DNA of 43,752 bases from a virus (lineage: Duplodnaviria; Heunggongvirae; Uroviricota; Caudoviricetes): positions 1 through 43,752 of the IMG/VR virus record IMGVR_UViG_2695420521_000005. One strand, written 5' to 3'. Below, one piece after another: positions 30,467 through 42,800 of this stretch (position 1 is the stretch's first letter; the number at the start of each line of letters is the position of its first letter). The notes below the pieces were generated by a model. It made no database searches. It saw nothing but the letters and a program-made list of their open reading frames with translations, and was not told the origin of the DNA. The position numbers and the translations under genes were made by a program.

Positions 30467-33020
30467 ACCGGTAGGCGATCTGGTCGTTGATTTGAGTCTG
30501 GATGCGGCCAGATTTGACGAGCAGATGGCCAGAGTCAGGCGTCATTTTTCCGGTACGGAAAGTGATGCGAAAAAAACAGCGGCAGTCGTTGAACAGTCGA
30601 TGAACCGACAGGCGCTGGCTGCACAGAAAGCGGGGATTTCCGTCGGGCAGTATAAAGCTGCCATGCGTATGCTGCCTGCGCAGTTCACCGACGTGGCCAC
30701 GCAGCTTGCAGGCGGGCAAAGTCCGTGGCTGATCCTGCTGCAACAGGGTGGTCAGGTGAAGGACTCCTTCGGCGGGATGATCCCCATGTTCAGGGGGCTT
30801 GCCGGTGCGATCACCCTGCCGATGGTCGGGGCCACCTCGCTGGCAGTGGCGACCGGTGCGCTGGCGTATGCCTGGTATCAGGGCAACTCAACCCTGTCTG
30901 AGTTCAACAAAACGCTGGTCCTTTCCGGTCATCAGTCAGGTCTGACGGCAGATCGCATGCTGGTCCTGTCCAGAGCCGGGCAGGCGGCAGGGCTGACGTT
31001 TAACCAGACCAGCGAGTCACTCAGCGCACTGGTTAAGGCGGGGGTAAGCGGTGAGGCTCAGATTGCGTCCATCAGCCAGAGTGTGGCGCGTTTCTCCTCT
31101 GCATCCGGCGTGGAGGTGGACAAGGTCGCTGAAGCCTTCGGGAAGCTGACCACAGACCCGACGTCGGGGCTGACGGCGATGGCGCGCCAGTTCCATAACG
31201 TGACGGCGGAGCAGATTGCGTATGTTGCTCAGTTGCAGCGTTCCGGCGATGAGGCCGGGGCATTGCAGGCGGCGAACGAGGCCGCAACGAAAGGGTTTGA
31301 TGACCAGACCCGCCGCCTGAAAGAGAACATGGGCACGCTGGAGACCTGGGCAGACAGGACTGCACGGGCATTCAAATCCATGTGGGATGCGGTGCTGGAT
31401 ATTGGTCGTCCTGATACCGCGCAGGAGATGCTGATTAAGGCAGAGGCTGCGTTTAAGAAAGCAGACGACATCTGGAATCTGCGCAAGGATGATTATTTTG
31501 TTAACGATGAAGCGCGGGCGCGTTACTGGGATGATCGTGAAAAGGCCCGTCTTGCGCTTGAAGCCGCCCGAAAGAAGGCTGAGCAGCAGACTCAACAGGA
31601 CAAAAATGCGCAGCAGCAGAGCGATACCGAAGCGTCACGGCTGAAATATACCGAAGAGGCGCAGAAGGCTTACGAACGGCTGCAGACGCCGCTGGAGAAA
31701 TATACCGCCCGTCAGGAAGAACTGAATAAGGCCCTGAAAGACGGAAAAATCCTGCAGGCAGATTACAACACGCTGATGGCGGCGGCGAAAAAGGACTATG
31801 AAGCGACACTGAAAAAGCCGAAGCAGTCCGGCGTGAAGGTGTCTGCAGGAGAGCGTCAGGAAGACAGTGCTCATGCCGCCCTGCTGACGCTTCAGGCAGA
31901 ACTCCGGACGCTGGAGAAGCATGCCGGAGCGAATGAGAAAATCAGCCAGCAGCGCCGGGATTTGTGGAAGGCGGAGAGTCAGTTCGCGGTACTGGAGGAG
32001 GCGGCGCAACGTCGCCAGCTGTCTGCACAGGAGAAATCCCTGCTGGCGCATAAAGATGAGACGCTGGAGTACAAACGCCAGCTGGCTGCACTTGGCGACA
32101 AGGTCACCTATCAGGAGCACCTGAACGCGCTGGCACAGCAGGCGGATAAATTCGCACAGCAGCAACGGGCAAAACGGGCCGCCATTGATGCAAAAAACCG
32201 GGGGCTGACTGACCGGCAGGCAGCGTGGGAAGCCACGGAACAGCGCCTGAAGGAACAGTATGGCGATAATTCTCTGGCGCTGAATAACGTCATGTCAGAG
32301 CAGAAAAAGACCTGGGCGGCTGAAGACCAGCTTCGCGGGAGCTGGATGGCAGGCCTGAAGTCCGGCTGGAGTGAGTGGGAAGAGAGCGCCACGGACAGTA
32401 TGTCGCAGGTTAAAAGTGCAGCCACGCAGACCTTTGATGGTATTGCACAGAATATGGCGGCGATGCTGACCGGCAGTGAACAGAACTGGCGCAGCTTCAC
32501 CCGTTCCGTGCTGTCCATGATGACAGAAATTCTGCTTAAGCAGGCAATGGTGGGGATTGTCGGGAGTATCGGCAGCGCCATTGGAGGTGCTACCGGTGGC
32601 GGCTCATCAGCGTCAGGTGGTGCAGCCATTCAGGCCGCTGCGGCGAAACTCCATTTTGCGACCGGAGGATTTACGGGAACCGGCGGCAAATATGAGCCAG
32701 CGGGGATTGTTCACCGTGGTGAATTTGTCTTCACGAAGGAGGCAACCAGCCGGATTGGCGTGGGGAATCTTTACCGGCTGATGCGCGGCTATGCCACCGG
32801 CGGTTATGTCGGTACACCGGGCAGCATGGCAGACAGCCGGTCGCAGGCGTCCGGGACGTTTGAGCAGAATAACCATGTGGTGATTAACAACGACGGCACG
32901 AACGGGCAGATTGGACCACAGGCGTTGAAGGCTGTGTATGACATGGCCCGCAAGGGTGCCCGTGATGAAATTCAGGCACAGATGCGTGATGGTGGCCTGT
33001 TCTCAGGAGGTGGACGATGA
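30459..33020 (+). CDS. H: tail tape measure protein H
   Basis: 853 aa, same length as lambda gpH, lambda-like throughout; Ala/Gln-rich coiled-coil character. Confidence 0.95.
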   Translation: MAEPVGDLVVDLSLDAARFDEQMARVRRHFSGTESDAKKTAAVVEQSMNRQALAAQKAGISVGQYKAAMRMLPAQFTDVATQLAGGQSPWLILLQQGGQVKDSFGGMIPMFRGLAGAITLPMVGATSLAVATGALAYAWYQGNSTLSEFNKTLVLSGHQSGLTADRMLVLSRAGQAAGLTFNQTSESLSALVKAGVSGEAQIASISQSVARFSSASGVEVDKVAEAFGKLTTDPTSGLTAMARQFHNVTAEQIAYVAQLQRSGDEAGALQAANEAATKGFDDQTRRLKENMGTLETWADRTARAFKSMWDAVLDIGRPDTAQEMLIKAEAAFKKADDIWNLRKDDYFVNDEARARYWDDREKARLALEAARKKAEQQTQQDKNAQQQSDTEASRLKYTEEAQKAYERLQTPLEKYTARQEELNKALKDGKILQADYNTLMAAAKKDYEATLKKPKQSGVKVSAGERQEDSAHAALLTLQAELRTLEKHAGANEKISQQRRDLWKAESQFAVLEEAAQRRQLSAQEKSLLAHKDETLEYKRQLAALGDKVTYQEHLNALAQQADKFAQQQRAKRAAIDAKNRGLTDRQAAWEATEQRLKEQYGDNSLALNNVMSEQKKTWAAEDQLRGSWMAGLKSGWSEWEESATDSMSQVKSAATQTFDGIAQNMAAMLTGSEQNWRSFTRSVLSMMTEILLKQAMVGIVGSIGSAIGGATGGGSSASGGAAIQAAAAKLHFATGGFTGTGGKYEPAGIVHRGEFVFTKEATSRIGVGNLYRLMRGYATGGYVGTPGSMADSRSQASGTFEQNNHVVINNDGTNGQIGPQALKAVYDMARKGARDEIQAQMRDGGLFSGGGR

Positions 33021-33346
33021 AAACCTTCCGCTGGAAAGTGAAACCCGGGATGGATGTGACATCGGCTCCTTCCGTCAGGGAGGTGCGCTTTGGTGATGGC
33101 TATTCCCAGCGTGCGCCTGCCGGGCTGAATGCTGACCTGAAAACGTACAGCGTGACGCTTTCTGTCTCCCGCGAGGAGGCCAGGGCGCTGGAGTCGTTTC
33201 TGGCTGAGCACGGGGGCTGGAAGGCCTTTCTGTGGACGCCGCCTTATGGCTGGCGGCAGATAAAGGTGATCTGCGCAAAATGGTCGTCGCGGGTCAGTAT
33301 GTTGCGTGTTGAGTTCAGCGCAGAGTTTGAACAGGTGGTGAACTGA
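33017..33346 (+). CDS. M: tail tip protein M
   Basis: 109 aa, lambda gpM-like (MKTFRWKVKPGMDVTSAPSVREVRFGDGYSQRAPAGLNADLKTYSVTLSV...). Confidence 0.9.
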   Translation: MKTFRWKVKPGMDVTSAPSVREVRFGDGYSQRAPAGLNADLKTYSVTLSVSREEARALESFLAEHGGWKAFLWTPPYGWRQIKVICAKWSSRVSMLRVEFSAEFEQVVN

Positions 33347-34044
33347 TGCAGGATATCCGGCAGGAAACACTGAATGAATGCACCCGTGCGGAGCAGTCGG
33401 CCAGCGTGGTGCTCTGGGAAATCGATCTGACAGAGGTCGGTGGTGAACGTTATTTTTTCTGTAATGAGCAGAACGAAAAAGGTGAGCCGGTCACCTGGCA
33501 GGGGCGACAGTATCAGGCGTATCCCATTCAGGGGAGTGGTTTTGAACTGAATGGCAAAGGCACCAGTACGCGCCCCACGCTGACGGTTTCTAACCTGTAC
33601 GGTATGGTCACCGGTATGGCGGAGGATTTGCAGAGTCTGGTCGGCGGAACGGTGGTCAGGCGTAAGGTTTATGCCCGTTTTCTGGATGCGGTGAACTTCG
33701 TCAACGGAAACAGCGAAGCCGATCCGGAGCAGGAGGTGATCAGCCGCTGGCGCATCGAGCAGTGCAGCGAACTGAGCGCGGTCAGCGCGACCTTTGTGCT
33801 GGCCACACCGACTGAAACGGATGGCGCTGTTTTTCCGGGGCGTATCATGCTGGCCAACACCTGTACCTGGACCTATCGCGGTGATGAGTGCGGTTATAGC
33901 GGTCCGGCTGTCGCTGATGAATATGATCAGCCGACGTCCGATATCACGAAGGATAAATGCAGCAAATGCCTGAGTGGCTGTAAGTTCCGCAATAATGTCG
34001 GCAACTTTGGCGGCTTCCTTTCCATTAACAAACTTTCGCAGTAA
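33346..34044 (+). CDS. L: tail tip protein L
   Basis: 232 aa, lambda gpL-like; Cys cluster near the C-terminus (CSKCLSGC). Confidence 0.9.
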   Translation: MQDIRQETLNECTRAEQSASVVLWEIDLTEVGGERYFFCNEQNEKGEPVTWQGRQYQAYPIQGSGFELNGKGTSTRPTLTVSNLYGMVTGMAEDLQSLVGGTVVRRKVYARFLDAVNFVNGNSEADPEQEVISRWRIEQCSELSAVSATFVLATPTETDGAVFPGRIMLANTCTWTYRGDECGYSGPAVADEYDQPTSDITKDKCSKCLSGCKFRNNVGNFGGFLSINKLSQ

Positions 34045-34049
34045 ATCCC

Positions 34050-34793
34050 ATGACAGAGACAGAATCAGCGATTCTGGCGCACGCCCGGCGATGTGCGCCA
34101 GCGGAGTCGTGCGGCTTCGTGGTGAGAACGCCGGAAGGGGAAAGATATTTTCCCTGCGTGAATATCTCCGGTGAGCCGGAGGAGTATTTCCGGATGTCGC
34201 CGGAGGACTGGCTGCGGGCAGAGATGCAGGGTGAGATTGTGGCGCTGGTCCACAGCCACCCCGGTGGTCTGCCCTGGCTGAGTGAGGCCGACCGGCGGCT
34301 GCAGGTGCAGAGTGATTTGCCGTGGTGGCTGGTCTGCCGGGGGGCGATTCATAAGTTCCGCTGTGTGCCGCATCTCACCGGGCGGCGCTTTGAGCACGGG
34401 GTGACGGACTGTTACACACTGTTCCGGGATGCTTACCATCTGGCGGGGATTGAGATGCCGGATTTTCATCGCGAGGATGACTGGTGGCGTCACGGTCAGA
34501 ATCTCTATCTGGATAATCTGGAGGCCACAGGGCTGTATCAGGTGCCGTTGTCAGCGGCGCAGCCGGGCGATGTGCTGCTGTGCTGTTTTGGTTCATCGGT
34601 GCCGAATCATGCCGCCATTTACTGCGGCGACGGCGAGCTGCTGCACCATATTCCTGAACAACTGAGCAAACGAGAGAGGTACACCGACAAATGGCAGCGA
34701 CGCACACACTCCCTCTGGCGTCACCGGGCATGGCACGCATCTGCCTTTACGGGGATTTACAACGATTTGGCCGCCGCATCGACCTTCGTGTGA
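34050..34793 (+). CDS. K: tail tip assembly protein K (JAB/MPN plus NlpC/P60-like)
   Basis: HSHP JAMM-like motif and a C-terminal Cys/His region; lambda gpK-like; the true start may be internal to the 247-aa ORF. Confidence 0.85.
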   Translation: MTETESAILAHARRCAPAESCGFVVRTPEGERYFPCVNISGEPEEYFRMSPEDWLRAEMQGEIVALVHSHPGGLPWLSEADRRLQVQSDLPWWLVCRGAIHKFRCVPHLTGRRFEHGVTDCYTLFRDAYHLAGIEMPDFHREDDWWRHGQNLYLDNLEATGLYQVPLSAAQPGDVLLCCFGSSVPNHAAIYCGDGELLHHIPEQLSKRERYTDKWQRRTHSLWRHRAWHASAFTGIYNDLAAASTFV

Positions 34794-35332
34794 AAACGGG
34801 GGCCGAAGCCATCCGGGCGCTGGCCACGCAGCTCCCTGCGTTTCGTCAGAAACTGAGCGACGGCTGGTATCAGGTACGGATTGCCGGGCGTGATGCAGGC
34901 GAAACCGAATTATCATCCCGTCTTAATGAGCCGCTGGCAAATGGTGCAGTGATCCACATCGTACCGCGTCTTGCGGGAGCAAAAAGTGGCGGTGTGTTTC
35001 AGGCGGTGCTGGGTGCGGCGTTGATTGCTACGGCAATCTGGATGCCGGGGATCAGTATCGCTTTCAGTGACATTCTCTTTTCAATGGGTGCGGCGATGAC
35101 GCTTGGCGGTGTTGCACAGATGCTGGCACCGAAAGCGAGTACCGCAACAACGACCAGCACGGATAACGGAAAGCAGAACACCTATTTCTCATCACTGGAT
35201 AACATGGTTGCCCAGGGCAATGTTCTGCCTGTTCTGTACGGTGAAATGCGTGTGGGGTCACGGGTAATTTCGCAGGAAATCAGCACGGCAGACGAAGGGG
35301 ATGGAGGTGAAATCGTGGTGATTGGTCGCTGA
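34691..35332 (+). CDS. I: tail tip assembly protein I
   Basis: 213 aa, MAATHTLPLASPGMARICLYGDLQRFGRRIDLRVKTGAEAIRALATQLPAFRQKL..., lambda gpI-like; overlaps the 3' end of K. Confidence 0.9.
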   Translation: MAATHTLPLASPGMARICLYGDLQRFGRRIDLRVKTGAEAIRALATQLPAFRQKLSDGWYQVRIAGRDAGETELSSRLNEPLANGAVIHIVPRLAGAKSGGVFQAVLGAALIATAIWMPGISIAFSDILFSMGAAMTLGGVAQMLAPKASTATTTSTDNGKQNTYFSSLDNMVAQGNVLPVLYGEMRVGSRVISQEISTADEGDGGEIVVIGR

Positions 35333-35392
35333 TGCAGAATGTTTTATGTGAAACCGCCTCCGGGCGGTTTTGTCGTTTATGGAGCGTGACGA

Positions 35393-38300
35393 ATGGGTAA
35401 AGGCAGCAGTAAGGGGCATACCCCGCGTGAAGCGAAGGACAACCTGAAATCAACGCAGTTGCTGAGTGTGATTGATGCCATTAGTGAAGGCCCGATTGAA
35501 GGTCCGGTGGATGGGTTAAAAAGCGTGCTGCTGAACAGTACGCCGGTGCTGGACAGTGAGGGGAATACCAATATATCCGGCGTCACGGTGGTGTTCCGGG
35601 CAGGTGAGCAGGAGCAGACACCGCCTGAGGGGTTTGAATCCTCCGGCTCCGAGACGGTGCTGGGTACGGAAGTGAAATACGACACGCCGATCATCCGGAC
35701 TATCACGTCTGCAAACATCGACCGTCTGCGTTTTACCTTCGGTGTGCAGGCTCTGGTGGAAACCACCTCAAAAGGGGACCGGAATCCATCGGAAGTCCGC
35801 CTGCTGGTTCAGATACAACGTAACGGTGGCTGGGTGACGGAAAAAGACATCACCATTAAGGGCAAAACCACCTCGCAGTATCTGGCATCGGTGGTGGTGG
35901 ATAACCTGCCGCCGCGCCCGTTCAATATCCGGATGCGCAGGATGACACCGGACAGCACCACAGACCAGCTGCAGAACAAAACGCTCTGGTCGTCATACAC
36001 CGAAATCATCGATGTGAAACAGTGCTACCCGAACACGGCACTGGTTGGCGTACAGGTGGACTCAGAGCAGTTCGGCAGTCAGCAGGTGAGCCGTAATTAT
36101 CATCTTCGCGGGCGCATTCTGCAGGTGCCGTCGAACTATAACCCGCAGACGCGGCAATACAGCGGTATATGGGACGGAACGTTTAAGCCAGCATACAGCA
36201 ACAACATGGCCTGGTGTCTGTGGGATATGCTGACCCATCCGCGCTACGGCATGGGGAAACGTCTTGGTGCAGCAGATGTGGATAAATGGGCGCTGTATGT
36301 CATCGGCCAGAATTGCGACCAGTCGGTGCCGGACGGCTCTGGCGGCACGGAGCCGCGCATCACCTGTAACGCTTACCTGACCACACAGCGCAAGGCGTGG
36401 GATGTGCTCAGTGATTTCTGCTCGGCGATGCGCTGTATGCCAGTATGGAACGGGCAGACGTTGACGTTCGTGCAGGACCGACCGTCGGATAAGGTGTGGA
36501 CCTATAACCGCAGTAATGTGGTGATGCCGGATGATGGCGCGCCGTTCCGCTACAGCTTCAGCGCCCTGAAGGACCGCCATAATGCCGTTGAGGTGAACTG
36601 GATTGACCCGAACAACGGTTGGGAGACAGCGACAGAGCTTGTGGAGGACACACAGGCCATTGCCCGTTACGGTCGTAACGTCACGAAGATGGATGCCTTT
36701 GGCTGTACCAGCCGTGGGCAGGCGCACCGCGCCGGGCTGTGGCTGATTAAAACGGAACTGCTGGAAACGCAGACTGTGGATTTCAGCGTGGGGGCCGAAG
36801 GCCTTCGCCATGTGCCGGGCGATGTTATTGAAATCTGCGATGATGACTATGCGGGGATCAGCACCGGTGGTCGTGTGCTGGCGGTGAACAGCCAGACCCG
36901 GACGCTGACGCTCGACCGTGAAATCACGCTGCCATCCTCCGGCACCACGCTGATAAGCCTGGTTGACGGTCAGGGTAATCCGGTCAGCGTGGAGGTTCAG
37001 TCCGTCACCGACGGCGTGAAGGTGAAAGTGAGCCGTGTTCCTGACGGCGTTGCAGAATACAGCGTGTGGGGGCTGAAGCTACCGACGTTGCGCCAGCGCC
37101 TGTTCCGCTGCGTGAGTATCCGTGAGAACGACGACGGCACGTATGCCATCACCGCCGTGCAGCATGTACCGGAAAAAGAAGCCATCGTGGATAACGGGGC
37201 GCACTTTGACGGCGACCAGAGCGGCACGGTGAATGGTGTCACGCCGCCAGCGGTGCAGCACCTGACCGCCGAAGTCACCGCAGACAGCGGGGAATATCAG
37301 GTGCTGGCGCGCTGGGACACGCCGAAGGTGGTGAAGGGCGTGAGCTTCCTGCTTCGTCTGACCGTGACAGCAGAAGACGGCAGTGAGCGGCTGGTCAGCA
37401 CAGCCCGGACGACGGAAACCACATACCGCTTCAGGCAGCTGGCGCTGGGGCGTTACACGCTGACAGTCCGGGCGGTAAATGCCCGGGGACAGCAGGGCGA
37501 TCCGGCGTCGGTATCGTTCCGGATTGCCGCACCGGCAGCGCCGTCACAGATTGAGCTGACGCCGGGCTATTTTCAGATAACCGCCACGCCGCATCTTGCG
37601 GTTTATGATCCGACGGTACAGTTTGAGTTCTGGTTTTCTGAAACGAAGATTTCAGATGTCTCACAGGTGGACAAATCTGCCCGCTATCTTGGTACGGCAC
37701 TGTACTGGGTAGCCTCCGGCCAGAATATTAAGCCGGGCCATGATTATTACTTTTATGTTCGCAGTGTGAATACCGTTGGTAAATCGGCATTCGTGGAGGC
37801 TGTCGGCCAGCCGGGTAATAATCCTGAAGAGTATCTCAATTTTTTTGAAGGGAAAATAAACAGCACCCTGCTGGGGCAGGAGCTGAATGATCGTATTAAT
37901 GCCTCTGCATTGCGCAGTGAAGTTGAGCAACTGGAGGATGAGGTCAATCAGCGACTGGAGAGTGATATTGCCGGGGTGACCCAAAAAATCGGGGAAACTG
38001 AAAACAGCCTCACGCAGCTGGTTGCTAAAAAAAATGATGAGCAGTCACTGGCCATATCCCAGGTGAGTCAGAAAGTGGACAACGTCAGTAGCGAACTCAC
38101 ACAAACGGTCAGTCAGAGTAATGAGGAGAATGCACGCCAGATTGCGCAGGTTCGTCAGTATGTGGATGAAAAAAGCAGTGAAATCATCTCGACGACAGAC
38201 AAAAAACTGGGCGAGCAGGAAGCAACAATCCAGCAGATACAAAAGGTTCAGACAGACACCAGTAATAACCTGAACAGTATGTGGGCCGTGAAACTGCAGC

Positions 38301-39094
38301 AGATGCAGGATGGTCGCCTTTACATTGCGGGTATCGGTGCCGGTATTGAGAATACCCCTGACGGTATGCAGAGTCAGGTGCTGCTGGCGGCAGACAGGAT
38401 TGCGTTCATTAATCCGGAGAACGGTAACACCACTCCAGCACTGGTCACGCAGGGGGGACAGACGTTTATCAATGAAGCGCTGATTAAGACCCTTATTGCT
38501 CCCACAATTACCAGTGGTGGCAATCCTCCTGCATTTTCCCTGACATCAGACGGAAAGCTGACCGCTAAAAATGCGGATATCAGTGGCAGTGTGAATGCGA
38601 ACTCAGGGACGCTCAACAACGTCACGATAAATGAGAACTGTCAGATTAAGGGGAAACTGTCCGCCAACCAGATTGAAGGCGATATTGTCAAAACGGTCAG
38701 CAAGTCTTTCCCCCGCACGAGCACTTATGCCAGCGGCACCATTACGGTCACGATTAGTGATGATCAGAAGTTTGACCGACAGGTCATGATCCCGGCTCTG
38801 CTGTTTAAAGGAAGCAGGAAGGAAAATTATGGCAGTAATAATCAACAGTCTTATGTTTATTCTGTATGCCGTTTGCAGGTAACGAAAAACGGGACAGAAA
38901 TTTTTAACCAGTCTACAACGGATGCTCCGGCGGTTTTTTCTTCCGTTATTGATATGCCTGCGGGGCAGGGAACGTTGACGTTAAAGTTTACGGTCTCTTC
39001 TTCAATGGTCAATAACTGGACACCGACAACCAGTATCAGCGATTTGCTTGTTGTGGTGATGAAGAAATCCACCGCAGGTATCACGATTAGCTGA
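35393..39094 (+). CDS. J: central tail fibre / host-specificity protein J with a divergent C-terminal receptor-binding region
   Basis: 1233 aa. The N-terminal roughly 770 residues are lambda gpJ-like ([37 protein letters not shown]...). It is then about 100 aa longer than lambda J, with a Gln/Glu/Ser-rich coiled-coil-like segment, and the last roughly 150 aa differ from the lambda LamB-binding domain. Confidence 0.95.
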   Translation: MGKGSSKGHTPREAKDNLKSTQLLSVIDAISEGPIEGPVDGLKSVLLNSTPVLDSEGNTNISGVTVVFRAGEQEQTPPEGFESSGSETVLGTEVKYDTPIIRTITSANIDRLRFTFGVQALVETTSKGDRNPSEVRLLVQIQRNGGWVTEKDITIKGKTTSQYLASVVVDNLPPRPFNIRMRRMTPDSTTDQLQNKTLWSSYTEIIDVKQCYPNTALVGVQVDSEQFGSQQVSRNYHLRGRILQVPSNYNPQTRQYSGIWDGTFKPAYSNNMAWCLWDMLTHPRYGMGKRLGAADVDKWALYVIGQNCDQSVPDGSGGTEPRITCNAYLTTQRKAWDVLSDFCSAMRCMPVWNGQTLTFVQDRPSDKVWTYNRSNVVMPDDGAPFRYSFSALKDRHNAVEVNWIDPNNGWETATELVEDTQAIARYGRNVTKMDAFGCTSRGQAHRAGLWLIKTELLETQTVDFSVGAEGLRHVPGDVIEICDDDYAGISTGGRVLAVNSQTRTLTLDREITLPSSGTTLISLVDGQGNPVSVEVQSVTDGVKVKVSRVPDGVAEYSVWGLKLPTLRQRLFRCVSIRENDDGTYAITAVQHVPEKEAIVDNGAHFDGDQSGTVNGVTPPAVQHLTAEVTADSGEYQVLARWDTPKVVKGVSFLLRLTVTAEDGSERLVSTARTTETTYRFRQLALGRYTLTVRAVNARGQQGDPASVSFRIAAPAAPSQIELTPGYFQITATPHLAVYDPTVQFEFWFSETKISDVSQVDKSARYLGTALYWVASGQNIKPGHDYYFYVRSVNTVGKSAFVEAVGQPGNNPEEYLNFFEGKINSTLLGQELNDRINASALRSEVEQLEDEVNQRLESDIAGVTQKIGETENSLTQLVAKKNDEQSLAISQVSQKVDNVSSELTQTVSQSNEENARQIAQVRQYVDEKSSEIISTTDKKLGEQEATIQQIQKVQTDTSNNLNSMWAVKLQQMQDGRLYIAGIGAGIENTPDGMQSQVLLAADRIAFINPENGNTTPALVTQGGQTFINEALIKTLIAPTITSGGNPPAFSLTSDGKLTAKNADISGSVNANSGTLNNVTINENCQIKGKLSANQIEGDIVKTVSKSFPRTSTYASGTITVTISDDQKFDRQVMIPALLFKGSRKENYGSNNQQSYVYSVCRLQVTKNGTEIFNQSTTDAPAVFSSVIDMPAGQGTLTLKFTVSSSMVNNWTPTTSISDLLVVVMKKSTAGITIS

Positions 39095-39161
39095 ATTTTA
39101 TAACCCATATACGGGCGCCAGAAATGGCGCCTTTTTTATTGCAGAAAAGCGAGAGGTAATT

Positions 39162-39761
39162 ATGCGTAAAGTTTGTGCAGCCATGTTGTCCGCAGCCATC
39201 TGTCTGGCCGTATCCGGTGCGCCTGCATGGGCGTCTGAGCAGCAGGCCACGCTGAGCGCGGGGTATCTTCATGCCCGGACGAACGCTCCCGGCAGCGATA
39301 ATCTTAACGGGATTAACGTGAAATACCGTTATGAATTTACGGACACGCTGGGGCTGGTGACGTCATTCAGCTATGCAGGAGACAGGAATCGCCAGCTTAC
39401 CCGTTACAGCGATACCCGCTGGCATGAAGATTCTGTGCGTAACCGCTGGTTCAGCGTCATGGCGGGACCCTCTGTGCGCGTGAATGAATGGTTCAGCGCG
39501 TATACGATGGCGGGTGTGGCTTACAGCCGTGTGTCGACTTTCTCCGGGGATTATCTCCGCGTAACTGACAACAAGGGAAAAACGCACGACGTGCTGACCG
39601 GAAGTGATGACGCTCGCCACAGTAACACCTCTATGGCGTGGGGAGCTGGCGTGCAGTTTAACCCGACCGAATCCGTGGCCGTTGATGTCGCTTATGAAGG
39701 CTCCGGCAGTGGCGACTGGCGCACTGACGGGTTCATCGTGGGTGTTGGTTATAAATTCTGA
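39162..39761 (+). CDS. lom: outer-membrane beta-barrel protein Lom (Ail/Lom family)
   Basis: 199 aa with signal peptide [24 protein letters not shown]; near-identical to lambda Lom from memory; ends ...GVGYKF. Confidence 0.95.
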   Translation: MRKVCAAMLSAAICLAVSGAPAWASEQQATLSAGYLHARTNAPGSDNLNGINVKYRYEFTDTLGLVTSFSYAGDRNRQLTRYSDTRWHEDSVRNRWFSVMAGPSVRVNEWFSAYTMAGVAYSRVSTFSGDYLRVTDNKGKTHDVLTGSDDARHSNTSMAWGAGVQFNPTESVAVDVAYEGSGSGDWRTDGFIVGVGYKF

Positions 39762-39781
39762 TTAGTAGTACAGCGTGATGA

Positions 39782-39809
39782 AAGCCCGCCGGTTCAGGTG
39801 GGCTTTTTT
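39782..39809 (+). terminator. Rho-independent terminator after lom
   Basis: AAGCCCGCC-ggttca-GGTGGGCTT stem (one G-U pair) followed by TTTTTT. Confidence 0.6.
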
Positions 39810-39820
39810 GTGGGGTGAAT

Positions 39821-42800
39821 ATGACGGTTAAGATTTCAGGTGTACTGAAAGATGGAGCAGGCAAACCGGTACAAAACTGTACCATTCAGCTAAAGGCCAG
39901 ACGCAACAGCACCACGGTGGTGGTGAACACGGTGGCCTCAGAAAATCCGGATGAAGCCGGGCGTTACAGCATGGACGTTGAGTATGGCCAGTACAGCGTC
40001 ACCCTGCTGGTTGAAGGTTTTCCGCCTTCGCATGCCGGGACCATCACCGTGTATGAAGATTCTCAACCCGGTACGCTGAATGATTTTCTCGGCGCAATGA
40101 CGGAGGATGATGCCCGTCCGGAGGCACTGCGTCGTTTTGAACTGATGGTGGAAGAGGTGGCGCGTAACGCGTCCGTGGTGGCACAGAACACGGCAGCCGC
40201 AAAGAAGTCAGCCAGTGATGCCAGCACATCTGCCAGTGAGGCGGCAACCCGTGCGACTGATGCTGCAGATTCAGCACGTGCAGCCAGCACGTCAGCCGGA
40301 CAGGCCGCGTCGTCGGCTCAGTCAGCGTCTTCCAGCGCAGGAACGGCATCAACAAAGGCCACTGAAGCCTCAAAAAGTGCTGCCGCTGCAGAGTCCTCAA
40401 AAAGCGCGGCGGCTACCAGTGCCGGTGCGGCGAAAACGTCAGAAACGAATGCGGCAGCGTCAGAACAATCAGCCGCCACTTCTGCATCCACCGCGACCAC
40501 GAAAGCGTCAGAAGCTGCCACCTCAGCCAGGGATGCGTCGGCTTCAAAAGAGGCGGCAAAATCATCAGAAACGAACGCATCATCAAGCGCCAGTAGTGCA
40601 GCTTCCTCGGCAACGGCGGCAGGAAATTCCGCGAAGGCGGCAAAGACGTCTGAGACAAACGCCAGGTCTTCTGAAACGGCAGCAGCACAGAGTGCCTCAG
40701 CTGCGGCAGGCTCAAAAACAGCGGCTGCATCATCTGCCAGTGCCGCGTCAACAAGTGCCGGGCAGGCCTCAGCCAGTGCCACCGCTGCCGGAAAGTCGGC
40801 AGAAAGTGCCGCATCGTCTGCTTCAACAGCCACAACGAAGGCTGGCGAAGCCACTGAACAGGCCAGTGCAGCAGCGAGGTCTGCTTCCGCAGCGAAGACA
40901 TCCGAGACGAACGCGAAAGCGTCGGAAACCAGCGCAGAATCCTCAAAAACGGCTGCCGCATCGTCCGCCAGTTCGGCGGCGTCATCGGCCTCATCGGCGT
41001 CTGCTTCAAAAGATGAGGCGACCAGACAAGCGTCCGCAGCGAAGGGCAGCGCCACGACAGCATCCACGAAGGCGACAGAGGCAGCTGGCAGTGCGACGGC
41101 GGCAGCACAGAGCAAAAGTACGGCGGAATCCGCGGCAACGCGCGCCGAGACAGCGGCAAAACGGGCAGAGGATATTGCATCCGCCGTGGCGCTTGAGGAT
41201 GCAAGTACGACGAAAAAGGGGATAGTACAGCTCAGCAGTGCGACCAACAGCACGTCTGAAACGCTGGCGGCAACGCCAAAGGCAGTAAAATCAGCCTATG
41301 ACAATGCAGAGAAACGTCTGCAGAAAGACCAGAACGGCGCTGATATACCCGATAAGGGACGCTTCCTGAACAACATTAACGCGGTCAGTAAAACAGACTT
41401 TGCTGATAAGCGTGGTATGCGTTATGTGCGGGTTAACGCTCCTGCAGGTGCAACATCTGGAAAATATTACCCTGTTGTTGTTATGCGTTCTGCTGGCTCA
41501 GTAAGCGAACTGGCATCAAGGGTCATTATCACCACGGCAACGCGAACCGCAGGCGATCCGATGAATAACTGCGAGTTTAACGGATTTGTTATGCCTGGTG
41601 GCTGGACTGACAGGGGGCGTTATGCTTATGGAATGTTCTGGCAATATCAAAACAATGAACGAGCCATCCACTCAATAATGATGAGTAATAAGGGCGATGA
41701 TTTGCGCTCTGTGTTCTATGTTGATGGCGCTGCTTTCCCTGTTTTTGCGTTTATCGAAGATGGCCTGTCAATATCCGCACCTGGTGCTGATCTCGTTGTT
41801 AATGATACGACCTATAAGTTTGGGGCAACAAATCCAGCGACTGAATGTATCGCGGCGGACGTTATCCTTGATTTTAAGAGTGGGCGTGGTTTTTATGAGT
41901 CTCATTCGTTAATCGTTAACGATAACTTGTCGTGCAAAAAACTTTTTGCCACAGACGAAATTGTAGCGCGTGGTGGTAATCAGATTCGAATGATAGGTGG
42001 GGAGTATGGTGCATTATGGCGTAATGATGGCGCTAAAACTTACCTGCTGCTTACCAATCAAGGTGATGTTTATGGTGGCTGGAATACATTAAGACCGTTT
42101 GCTATTGATAACGCAACCGGCGAACTGGTTATTGGAACCAAACTGTCCGCAAGTCTGAACGGTAATGCATTAACAGCAACAAAGCTGCAAACGCCAAGAC
42201 TGGTTTCTGGTGTTGAGTTTGATGGTTCCAAAGATATTACTTTAACCGCCGCGCATGTGGCTGCTTTTGCCAGAAGGGCAACGGATACGTATGCCGATGC
42301 GGATGGGGGCGTTCCATGGAATGCCGAATCAGGCGCTTACAATGTCACCCGCTCTGGCGACAGCTATATTCTGGTTAACTTCTATACCGGAGTCGGAAGT
42401 TGCCGGACCCTGCAGATGAAGGCACATTACAGAAATGGAGGTCTGTTCTACCGTTCCTCAAGAGATGGCTATGGTTTTGAGGAAGACTGGGCAGAAGTTT
42501 ATACCTCGAAAAATCTTCCACCAGAAAGCTACCCAGTCGGCGCACCAATCCCGTGGCCATCAGATACCGTTCCGTCTGGCTATGCCCTGATGCAGGGGCA
42601 GACTTTTGACAAATCTGCATACCCGAAACTTGCAGCCGCTTATCCGTCAGGCGTGATCCCTGATATGCGTGGCTGGACGATTAAGGGCAAACCTGCCAGT
42701 GGTCGGGCCGTATTGTCTCAGGAACAGGACGGCATTAAATCGCACACCCACAGCGCCAGCGCATCCAGTACGGATTTGGGGACGAAAACCACATCGTCGT

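Noticed and set aside
31017-32629. Minus-strand ORFs of 170-190 aa inside the tape-measure gene H (31017-31595, 31635-32165, 32111-32629).
   Set aside because: Antisense to a well-supported, full-length lambda-like H; Arg/Leu/Pro-rich composition typical of antisense frames of Ala/Gln-rich coding sequence.
36062-36811. Minus-strand 249-aa ORF inside J.
   Set aside because: Embedded antisense in the conserved N-terminal part of J; no start context; composition typical of a GC-rich antisense frame.
40215-41253. Three long ORFs inside stf on other frames: + strand 40215-41225 (336 aa, Arg/Pro/Gln-rich) and - strand 40318-41253 (311 aa) and 40413-41204 (263 aa).
   Set aside because: They lie entirely within the stf Ala/Ser/Thr repeat region and have extreme low-complexity composition; they are frame artefacts of the GC-rich repeat, and stf is intact in its own frame with lambda-like N- and C-termini.
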